From NCBI GenBank assembly GCA_020532365.1, contig JAJBBL010000052.1, forward strand, positions 1 to 37,690: DNA of 37,690 bases. Direction: 5' to 3'. This stretch comes from Candidatus Cloacimonadota bacterium (GTDB taxonomy: Bacteria; Cloacimonadota; Cloacimonadia; Cloacimonadales; JAJBBL01). The translations under genes were made by a program, and so were the position numbers. Below, piece after piece: positions 1-7,576 of this stretch (positions within the stretch are counted from its first letter, which is position 1; each line of letters starts with the position of its first letter). A model generated the notes under the pieces. That model was not told the DNA's origin, made no database searches, and was given only the letters and a program-made list of their open reading frames with translations.

Positions 1-62
1 TACTTTAGTTCTGGATTTTGAGTTGATATATCCTGCAGTAGAGTCGTAAAATTGTTCTTCAT
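1..62 (-). CDS. 5' end of an unidentified gene running off the left edge (about 20 codons visible: MKNNFTTLLQDISTQNPELK)
   Basis: ATG is the complement of 60-62. It is preceded by AGAGGAAG (complement of 67-74), and the frame stays open to position 1. Too short to name. Confidence 0.35.
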   Translation of the reverse strand, partial: MKNNFTTLLQDISTQNPELK

Positions 63-408
63 AATACTTCCTCTTTTTTTCTATTACACTCTAAATGTAA
101 CGCAAGAAACATTCCAATTGAGCGGTTTTGCTGAAGATTGTTGATAAAAGTGGCTGAAGAGCTCCAATGGTATGCCGAATTTTACAGTAGTTACTCTATT
201 GAAAGTCAAGGCGGCTCATAGCAGCCTACGAGTATGCTCCTTACTTGTCCCTTAGATGAGGGTTGCTAAAATCGAGTTATTGACTATCTTATTTGGTGGA
301 ATGATTTGAGAGAAGTTTTGCTTATATAGCTCTTTCAAGCATAAAAAGCTTGACTGGAATCGTGATATTTCAATAGTCAAAAGATAACTAAACGGAGGTA
401 GTACCAGA

Positions 409-867
409 ATGGATAAAGAAAAGATTAAAGAGTTGATTGACATAGCAATTGAGAGAGAAGAAGAGTCTTACGAGTTTTACTCAAACGTTGCGACTGTTCT
501 GGAAAATCCATCATTGAAGCAATTATTCACTGAACTGGCTAATGAGGAGATAGGACACAAGAATTTCTTACTCAATATTTTAGAAAAACCAGATGCTCAC
601 GTTGTTATTAACGCTCCAAAGATTGACTATAAGTTGGCTGAGCAGGTAGAGCTACCGAAGCTTTCAATGAGTATGAAGCCAGCAGAAGCTATTGCTTTGG
701 CGATGAAGAAAGAGTTGCAAGCTGCGGAATTTTATCAAGAATTAGCAGCCAATATGTCTGATGAGAACTTAAAAGCATCTGCTATTAGTCTTGCCAATAT
801 GGAGTTAGCTCATAAAACCAAACTTGAGAAGGCATACGTAGACATAGCCTATATAGAAGCATTTTAA
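409..867 (+). CDS. Stand-alone ferritin-like diiron protein (rubrerythrin family, no rubredoxin domain)
   Basis: The 152-aa ORF has a GGAGG ribosome-binding site upstream. It shows the four-helix diiron ligand pattern E...ExxH...E...ExxH (EREEESYEFY, NEEIGH, KKELQAAEFY, NMELAH). Confidence 0.8.
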   Translation: MDKEKIKELIDIAIEREEESYEFYSNVATVLENPSLKQLFTELANEEIGHKNFLLNILEKPDAHVVINAPKIDYKLAEQVELPKLSMSMKPAEAIALAMKKELQAAEFYQELAANMSDENLKASAISLANMELAHKTKLEKAYVDIAYIEAF

Positions 868-879
868 TAAATTAGCTGT

Positions 880-974
880 CGAGAGGATGGGACTGGTGTC
901 TCAGCTGGTCTGCAAAATCAGTAGCGGGCGGATAAAACCGTCTGTGGCAGGTTCGATTCCTGCCCTCTCAGCCA
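880..974 (+). tRNA. Atypical 95-nt class-II / tRNA-Sec-like tRNA with anticodon GCA (Cys codons UGC/UGU)
   Basis: Hand fold. Acceptor 880-886 CGAGAGG pairs with 964-970 CCTCTCA (6 Watson-Crick pairs plus a C1/A72 mismatch). G971 is the discriminator and CCA is encoded at 972-974. D arm: (T)GGGAC 888-893, loop TGGT, GTCTC(A) 898-903. Anticodon stem GCTGGT 904-909 pairs with ATCAGT 917-922; the loop is CTGCAAA 910-916 with GCA at 912-914. Variable arm is 923-946 (stem CGGGCGG/CCGTCTG, loop ATAAAA). T arm: GCAGG, loop TTCGATT, CCTGC (947-963). Confidence 0.8.
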
Positions 975-1027
975 GTTTTGTCCTTAAACCGATCCAATCA
1001 TAGAAGAAATAAAATCGGAGGCTAATA

Positions 1028-1444
1028 ATGAAGGTAGAACATTATACAGAGACCCTATTAGAAGACGTTACTGTTGAAGGTTCTAAGGGTTGTAAAATCA
1101 GATGGCTAATCTCGCAAAAGGATATGGCCCCTAATTTTGCTACAAGAATGTTTGAGGTAGCCCCTGGTGGGTTTACTCCATATCATACACACAATTTTGA
1201 GCATGAGGTTTACGTTTTAGAAGGAGAAGGGGTATTTGTTACAGAAGAAAAAGAATATCCTTTCAAAGCGGGCTATGTTCTCTACGCTGATCCAGGGATG
1301 AAACATCAGTTTAGAAACGCGGGCGACTCGACACTTAAATTCTTATGCATCGTTCCTATAGAGAATCCAAATCCTATTATAAAAGAGGAAAAAGAGGCTG
1401 AAAACCTTAACCCGTTTGCATCAGAAGAGGTTAATGACTGTTAG
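1028..1444 (+). CDS. Cupin-domain protein
   Basis: Both cupin motifs are present: PGGFTPYHTHNFEHEVYVLEGEG and GYVLYADPGMKHQFRNAG. GGAGG lies 6 nt upstream of the ATG. Confidence 0.8.
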   Translation: MKVEHYTETLLEDVTVEGSKGCKIRWLISQKDMAPNFATRMFEVAPGGFTPYHTHNFEHEVYVLEGEGVFVTEEKEYPFKAGYVLYADPGMKHQFRNAGDSTLKFLCIVPIENPNPIIKEEKEAENLNPFASEEVNDC

Positions 1445-1488
1445 TCAAGCTTTGGTATTAAATAAACAAACTAATAAGAGGTAAAGAA

Positions 1489-2559
1489 ATGGACAAAGAT
1501 TTAAAGAAGTTTTTTACTGATCTGGTAGATGCGCCAAGTCCGTCAGGGTATGAACAGCCTGCACAAGATGTATACCGTGCGTTTGTTAAGCCTTACGCTG
1601 ATGAAGTTAAGACTGATGTACACGGCAACGTAATTGCCCTCCGCAAAGGTAAAGGGAAGCTTAGAATGATGATCTCTGGGCACGTTGACGAGATCGGCTT
1701 TATGGTTAACTATATTGATAATGACGGATTTTTATACGTCAAACCAGTAGGTGGAATTGATCCCGGTTTGTTACCAGGCTTGAGAGTTAACGTCTACGGA
1801 CATAAAGGGGTGGTCAGAGGTGTCTTTGGTAAAAAGGCTATCCATATGATGGCTCCGGATGAGCGAGAAAGGGTAGCAAAGCTTCACGACTTATGGATCG
1901 ATATCGGCGCCCCTAACAAAAAAGAGGCTGAAAAAAGAGTCGCTATCGGTAATGTAGTAACCTTCTCACCAGGGATGGAAAAGCTCTATAAAGACGTAGT
2001 TATGACCAAAGCGACCGATAATAAGGTTGGAGTGTTTGTTGCGGGTACTGTTCTAAAACACCTGGCGAATGAAGATATTCAAGCTAACCTTTATTCTGTA
2101 TCATCCGTCCAGGAAGAGATCGGAATCAGAGGTGCGAGAACGAGTGCTTACGGAATAGACCCACACGTTGCTATAGCTATTGACGTTACATTCACCTCGG
2201 ATCATCCAGGTACAGACAAAAAACGTTACGGTGATATAGCCATCGGTAAGGGACCTGTAGTGGCAGTTGGACCTAACATCAACCCGAAAGTATTTGAGCT
2301 GGTCAAAGAGGCTGCAACGAATACTAAAATTGAATACCAAATTCAGGTAGAGTCGGGAGCTACAGGGACTGACGCTAATGTTATACAGGTAAATAAGAGT
2401 GGTGTCGCAACTGGTCTGGTTTCAATTCCGAACAGGTATATGCATTCACCGAATGAGGTTATTTCGCTTAAAGATCTCGACGATACGGCATTGCTTATCG
2501 CTGAGTTTGTTAGACTTATCGACGATAATACCGACTTCATACCGAAAGGTAAGATCTGA
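1489..2559 (+). CDS. M42 family metallopeptidase (FrvX/YpdE/endoglucanase-like aminopeptidase)
   Basis: 356 aa with SGHVDEIGF, ATDNKVG and VQEEIGIRGA metal-ligand motifs and a typical N-terminal PSPSGYE. AAGAGGT ribosome-binding site upstream. Confidence 0.85.
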   Translation: MDKDLKKFFTDLVDAPSPSGYEQPAQDVYRAFVKPYADEVKTDVHGNVIALRKGKGKLRMMISGHVDEIGFMVNYIDNDGFLYVKPVGGIDPGLLPGLRVNVYGHKGVVRGVFGKKAIHMMAPDERERVAKLHDLWIDIGAPNKKEAEKRVAIGNVVTFSPGMEKLYKDVVMTKATDNKVGVFVAGTVLKHLANEDIQANLYSVSSVQEEIGIRGARTSAYGIDPHVAIAIDVTFTSDHPGTDKKRYGDIAIGKGPVVAVGPNINPKVFELVKEAATNTKIEYQIQVESGATGTDANVIQVNKSGVATGLVSIPNRYMHSPNEVISLKDLDDTALLIAEFVRLIDDNTDFIPKGKI

Positions 2560-2565
2560 TAGCAC

Positions 2566-3339
2566 TTGATGATACAAGTCGAAAAACTAACAAAGACTTT
2601 CAAAAATAAAAAAGGGGAAGCGTTTAAGGCGGTAGATAACTTTTCGTTTACTGCTAAGAAAGGTGAAATAGTATCACTGTTAGGGGTGAACGGAGCTGGC
2701 AAAACAACTATGCTCCGGATGCTATCAACAATCCTAAAGCCTGACAGTGGCGACGCTTACCTCAATGGATATAGTATCAGAAGAGAACCCGGTAAGGTTA
2801 GAAGCGTTATCGGGTTTCTTTCTGGTGATACAGGACTATACGGGAGACTTACACCTCGCGAAATATTAACCTATTTTGGAAGACTCTACGACGTTCCCGA
2901 CCCAGTTATAAAAGAACGTATCGCTGAAATGGCGGAACTGTTAGATATGAACGAATTTTTGGATAGAAAAGTGGACGTGCTCTCTACCGGGATGAAACAA
3001 AAAGTGTCGATCAGTAGATCTATTATTCACGACCCACCCATTATGATTTTTGACGAACCTACCTCAGGTTTAGACATCCTTACCGCTCGGACTATCGTCT
3101 CCTTTATAAATAAATGCAAAGAGGATGGAAAGTGTATCCTCTTTTCGACACACGTGATGAGAGAGACTGAACGTATCGCCGATAAAGTTGAAATGATTCA
3201 TAAAGGGGCTGCTGTGGCAAGTGGGTCTTTGGAGGAGTTACGTTTAGATACTGGTTTCACCGACCTAGACGACATTTTTGTCCATTACGTTAACAAAGAA
3301 AATATCCTGAACGAAGAGATTAGAGAGAATGAGTTTTAG
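2566..3339 (+). CDS. ABC transporter ATP-binding protein (NatA/ABC-2 type)
   Basis: Walker A GVNGAGKTT, signature LSTGMKQKV, Walker B IMIFDEPTSGLD. The start is TTG 2566 or the adjacent ATG 2569. Confidence 0.9.
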   Translation: MMIQVEKLTKTFKNKKGEAFKAVDNFSFTAKKGEIVSLLGVNGAGKTTMLRMLSTILKPDSGDAYLNGYSIRREPGKVRSVIGFLSGDTGLYGRLTPREILTYFGRLYDVPDPVIKERIAEMAELLDMNEFLDRKVDVLSTGMKQKVSISRSIIHDPPIMIFDEPTSGLDILTARTIVSFINKCKEDGKCILFSTHVMRETERIADKVEMIHKGAAVASGSLEELRLDTGFTDLDDIFVHYVNKENILNEEIRENEF

Positions 3340-5356
3340 TAAAGTCCTGGTCGTTTTTCGTAAAGAGATGCTCGATCTGTTACGAGATAAAAGAACGATA
3401 TTCTCTTCGATAGTTTTACCAATTATTCTTTATCCCATCTTGATGATCGGGTTTAACTCCTTGATGTCCCGCCAGACTATTAAATTAGAAGAGCAAGAGG
3501 TTATCGTTTATGTCCTCGATAATGTTGAGAATGAAAACTCTTACTTTTTCTTAGAGAACCTCAGAGAGACTAAAGGGATCCAGATTTATCAACAGACTGA
3601 AGCTTACCAGATGCTCTTCGACGAAAAGATCCTGCAGGCTATCATAACGCTCGATGAAGAGCCTTTAGATAATGAATATGAGCAGCTTAAGGTAACTATT
3701 ACCTATAGCGCTGTGGATGAAAAAAGTGAGCTTGCCTATAATCAAACTACTAAGTTTATTCGTGGACTTAGAGAGCAATTGGTGGGGAAGAGGCTGCAAG
3801 CTATTAATATCTCGGAAAATGTCCTGAAGGTAATCGAGGTGGTCGATGATGATATTGCCACTGGCGAACAGACCTTAGGGCTGATCCTTTCAAAAATATT
3901 ACCCTATTTCTTGATTATTATATCTATTAGTGGTGCCGCTACCGCTGCAGTTGACCTCGTTGCTGGAGAGAAAGAACGTAAGACGTTGGAGACTATACTC
4001 GTCAGCGCTGCTAAAAGGAATGAGCTTGTCTTTGGTAAGTTTCTGTCGGTCATAACGATTTCAATTGTCACCGTAGTGTTAAACCTGCTCAGTATCTTCT
4101 TCTCGTTCAGACATATTATGTCGCAAGCGGCACTTGATACCGTTCCGATTAGTATACCCATCGGCAATATTCTGTTGATTATGAGTATAATGCTACCGAT
4201 GATTATCCTGTTTGGCTCGGTGATTTTCTCACTTTCGACCTATTCGAGGAATATGAAAGAGTGCTATAGTTATACCCAGCCGATAATGATAGTGGCTATG
4301 CTACTCTCTCTGATTGCGGCGTTACCCGCTTTTGAGACTACTTTTGGGCTCACCCTGATACCTGTTATTAACGTCTCATTGCTAACGAAAGATATTATGC
4401 TCGGTGACCTCAATATTTACCATTATTTAGCGACGCTACTGTCGACTTGTATCCTGGTGGCTATTGCGATTTTCATATCTATCAGACTGTTCAATAAAGA
4501 AGGTGTGCTTTTTAGAACCGTTGAAGAAGGATCAATAGTCAAAGATAAAAAGGGTAGATTCAACCCGCTTAACCCCTCTTTTGCGTTCTTGTTCTTCCTG
4601 TTTATTGTCCTGCTCTTCTACTATTTAGCAATAAGCTGGCAGACCGAAAACTTGGAAGTTGGATTAATCAAAACCCTTCTACTCCTTGTCTTGCTACCTA
4701 CTATACTCGTTATTAAATTCGGCAAACTTAGCTTGAAAGAGACTTTGAGCATAAGATGGACTAATCCGCTTAACTATCTGCTCGTGTTACTGATTTCAGT
4801 ACCCTTTTTCGTGATAGTAACCCATATAGCTCAACTAATTAACTTTATATACCCCTTCCCTGAGAGCTATTTAGAAATGTTCCAAAATATGGTACTGTTT
4901 GAAGGGAAAGGGGCGTGGTACACCTTCTTTATAGTAGCCTTACTGCCCGGTATAGCTGAGGAAGTAATGTTTAGAGGCTACTTTATTCAAGCTTTCAAGA
5001 GCAAGAATATCTGGATTAGTATCGTTGTCAGTGCGGTACTGTTTTCCCTACTACACCTCGATATCTTTAGGTTTATACCGGTAGCTCTGCTCGGTATTTG
5101 GCTCGGCTACTTGTTAGTCAAAACAAAGAGTATTTTTGCCCCTATGTTAGCCCATATAGCTCACAACGGGTTAGCACTTGTCGTCAGTAATATTGGGGAT
5201 AAAATACCCTTCTTTGAGCTAATGGTCAAAGATGACAATCTGGCCTGGTGGACTATTTTACCAGCTTTAGCGCTTGCCTATGTGTTAGTAATTCTCTTTA
5301 ATAAACTGAATAAAGGTAGTGAAGAGTTCGCCACGGAAAGAGTTGTTGAGAGATGA
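3329..5356 (+). CDS. Fusion protein: ABC-2 (NatB-like) permease followed by a CPBP/CAAX-type intramembrane glutamic protease
   Basis: It overlaps the ATPase gene by 11 nt. The N-terminal roughly 400 aa is a multi-TM ABC-2 permease with a large first loop. The C-terminal part has CPBP motifs GIAEEVMFRGY, LFSLLHL and AHIAHNG. Confidence 0.8.
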   Translation: MSFSKVLVVFRKEMLDLLRDKRTIFSSIVLPIILYPILMIGFNSLMSRQTIKLEEQEVIVYVLDNVENENSYFFLENLRETKGIQIYQQTEAYQMLFDEKILQAIITLDEEPLDNEYEQLKVTITYSAVDEKSELAYNQTTKFIRGLREQLVGKRLQAINISENVLKVIEVVDDDIATGEQTLGLILSKILPYFLIIISISGAATAAVDLVAGEKERKTLETILVSAAKRNELVFGKFLSVITISIVTVVLNLLSIFFSFRHIMSQAALDTVPISIPIGNILLIMSIMLPMIILFGSVIFSLSTYSRNMKECYSYTQPIMIVAMLLSLIAALPAFETTFGLTLIPVINVSLLTKDIMLGDLNIYHYLATLLSTCILVAIAIFISIRLFNKEGVLFRTVEEGSIVKDKKGRFNPLNPSFAFLFFLFIVLLFYYLAISWQTENLEVGLIKTLLLLVLLPTILVIKFGKLSLKETLSIRWTNPLNYLLVLLISVPFFVIVTHIAQLINFIYPFPESYLEMFQNMVLFEGKGAWYTFFIVALLPGIAEEVMFRGYFIQAFKSKNIWISIVVSAVLFSLLHLDIFRFIPVALLGIWLGYLLVKTKSIFAPMLAHIAHNGLALVVSNIGDKIPFFELMVKDDNLAWWTILPALALAYVLVILFNKLNKGSEEFATERVVER

Positions 5357-5382
5357 GTCTCTATTAACCCTTTTTGTGAACT

Positions 5383-6135
5383 ATGAAATCAAAACAGAGT
5401 AAGACTAACTATCATCAAACTGAAGGGATTGTCCTCAGAAGACAAGTCTACAAAGAGACCTCTCTGCTCTGCCACTGCCTTACCAGAGATTATGGAATCA
5501 TTACTATTATTGCTACCGGGGCAGTTAAAGAACAAAGCCAGTTTACCGGCCTACTCGAGCCATTCAATCAACTATCGTTAGACCTGTATAAAACAGCGAG
5601 ATCTGAAATATTTAACCTTAAATCGGCCGGGTTGATAAAGATACACTCAGAAAAGAGTAACTATAAAACAACGCTGCTTATGAGTGCAGCTGTCGAACTT
5701 TTCTTGCAAATTGACTTCACTGACGGTGATTCAGAAGATACCTATCTCCTTCTGAAAAACTACTTTGTCTTCCTGAAAGACTCCCCTTACAATCAATTTC
5801 TACTCTTTATTAGACTCGCCTTACGGACCTTGCAGTATATCGGAATACCCTTGGAACTATGCTGTCACAAGTGTGGGAATAGTGAAGTGATCTACTTTGC
5901 GCCACAAGAGGATGCTTTTTTATGTGAGAACTGCACCGATAGACGGATGAGCGACTTTTTACTCTCTATCGATAGAGATGCTGTAGCTTCCCTTAGAAAC
6001 GTCTATAACTTGAAAAATGAAGACCCAGATCACACGAGTGAGGCTATAGTGCTCGACTTCAAAAAAATCTTGTTGACACATCTCGAAAATCACTTTAATA
6101 AGCGGTTCTATTTAAAAAGCTTAGAGGATTATTGA
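5383..6135 (+). CDS. recO: DNA repair protein RecO
   Basis: 250 aa with an N-terminal OB-fold-like segment (TEGIVLRRQVYKETSLL) and a CxxC...CxxC zinc finger (CHKCGN...CENC). Size is typical of RecO. Confidence 0.7.
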   Translation: MKSKQSKTNYHQTEGIVLRRQVYKETSLLCHCLTRDYGIITIIATGAVKEQSQFTGLLEPFNQLSLDLYKTARSEIFNLKSAGLIKIHSEKSNYKTTLLMSAAVELFLQIDFTDGDSEDTYLLLKNYFVFLKDSPYNQFLLFIRLALRTLQYIGIPLELCCHKCGNSEVIYFAPQEDAFLCENCTDRRMSDFLLSIDRDAVASLRNVYNLKNEDPDHTSEAIVLDFKKILLTHLENHFNKRFYLKSLEDY

Positions 6136-6138
6136 AGA

Positions 6139-7494
6139 ATGAGTCTGTTAGAGAATAAGGGAAATGATTTCGCTTCATACAAAAGCGATGAGGTCAATCT
6201 TAAAGATAGACTGGTAAAACAGCTACCTTCAAAAGATGTTGAAATGCTTGTTAATGCCGGTAAATTAGCCCAAAATATGGGGGTTAAATGCTACCTCGTC
6301 GGAGGGACTGTGAGAGACTTAGTGCTTAAGAAAAGATGCTATGACATCGATCTTACAGTTGATGGGGATGGATTGGCATTTGCTGAACAATTTACAAAGT
6401 TCTATGGCAAAAGAATGAAATCGTTTGCTCAGTTTGGGACTGCATTTGTAGTGCTTAAAACAGGTAAGAAAATCGATATCTCAACATCGAGAACTGAAGT
6501 TTATACCTCGCCAGGAAGCTTGCCAAAAGTTAAATACGGAGAGATAGAGTATGACTTGTATCGACGTGATTTTACCATAAATAGTATGGCTATTAGCGTT
6601 AACCCTGAAGATTTTGGCCGTCTGCTCGACTTTCATTCAGGAGTCAAAGATCTGAAAGCCAAAGTTATAAGAATACTTAACGACCAGAGCTTTGAAGACG
6701 ATCCCCTTAGAGTGCTTAGAGCCATTAGATTTGAGCAAAGATTAGGTTTCGACATAGAGAATAGAACAAAAGAACTGATGATGAAGAGCATAGAGTCTAA
6801 CTGCCTTAAAACTGTCTCGGCTGAAAGAGTTTATACAGAACTAATCGTCTCGACTAATAAAGGGGATGCTGCTAAATTTATTACCAGGTTGAGTGAGTTA
6901 GGTATACTGAGACAAATACATAAGTCTCTCTATTTCGACGAGTTAAAAGCAGAGCAGGCTAAAGAGCTAAGTAAGCTCCTTGAATGGTTTGTTAAAGAGT
7001 ATCCTCAAGACAAAATAGAGAAATGGTATCCTTTCCACTTAATCCTGTTTTCCGGACTCCCTAAAGACATGCAGACCTCCATTGCGAAACAGTTGACTTA
7101 CCCCAGTAACTTTATCAAAAGTATCAGTAAAATTAAGCTGTTTCTTGATAAAATAGATAGTGGCGAACTGAAAGATAGTACAGATGGAGAGTTAGCCCTT
7201 AAGTTATCTGGTCTACGGATAGAGGATGTCTTATACCTGTTAGCCGTCGTCAAAGACGATGAGCTAAAAAGTAGATTACGACACTATTTGACTCACTCCC
7301 GATCAGTCTCTCTTAGTATCAACGGTCACGATCTATTAATGATGGGTGTTACGCTTGGTGCGCTTATAGGGAGTATATTGCAAACATTGAAGATACAGAA
7401 GATAGATGGCAAGATTTCCAATAGGGAAGATGAGCTTGAACTTGCCAAAAAGATGGTAGATGACGACTCAGATTCAGCTACTAACTTAGAATAA
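6139..7494 (+). CDS. tRNA nucleotidyltransferase / poly(A) polymerase family protein (CCA-adding type)
   Basis: PolyA_pol head motif LVGGTVRDLVL..YDIDL, RRDFTINSMA, and DPLRVLRAIRF. It starts 4 nt after the recO stop. Confidence 0.8.
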   Translation: MSLLENKGNDFASYKSDEVNLKDRLVKQLPSKDVEMLVNAGKLAQNMGVKCYLVGGTVRDLVLKKRCYDIDLTVDGDGLAFAEQFTKFYGKRMKSFAQFGTAFVVLKTGKKIDISTSRTEVYTSPGSLPKVKYGEIEYDLYRRDFTINSMAISVNPEDFGRLLDFHSGVKDLKAKVIRILNDQSFEDDPLRVLRAIRFEQRLGFDIENRTKELMMKSIESNCLKTVSAERVYTELIVSTNKGDAAKFITRLSELGILRQIHKSLYFDELKAEQAKELSKLLEWFVKEYPQDKIEKWYPFHLILFSGLPKDMQTSIAKQLTYPSNFIKSISKIKLFLDKIDSGELKDSTDGELALKLSGLRIEDVLYLLAVVKDDELKSRLRHYLTHSRSVSLSINGHDLLMMGVTLGALIGSILQTLKIQKIDGKISNREDELELAKKMVDDDSDSATNLE

Positions 7495-7519
7495 TTATGC
7501 TTATATTTGATGCTTTTCG

Positions 7520-7550
7520 TTGACATAATGATGACTACATTTTTTATATC
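7520..7550 (+). promoter_or_regulatory. Candidate sigma70-type promoter for the MsbA-like gene
   Basis: Perfect TTGACA at 7520-7525. A T/A-rich -10 candidate (TTTATA/TATATC) lies 17-19 nt downstream. It sits in the only gap over 60 nt in this part of the plus-strand gene string. Confidence 0.3.
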
Positions 7551-7576
7551 GAAAAACGAATAGGAATTGCCCTCAG

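Noticed and set aside
205-232. AGCAGCC-containing hairpin that briefly suggested the conserved domain IV of SRP (4.5S) RNA
   Set aside because: It lacks the GGAA/GNAR tetraloop, the AGGUCAGG 5' side and the long flanking helix. Only a 7-nt coincidence remains.
252-443. 63-aa minus-strand ORF overlapping the start of the ferritin-like gene
   Set aside because: It has no Shine-Dalgarno sequence. It overlaps the ribosome-binding site and start of a well-supported gene and is hydrophobic and low in complexity. I treated the region as regulatory DNA instead.
2343-2702. 119-aa minus-strand ORF spanning the M42 peptidase/ABC ATPase junction
   Set aside because: It is antisense to two genes with strong motif support. 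It has no ribosome-binding site and its composition is Ser/Leu/Thr-rich, typical of antisense frames.
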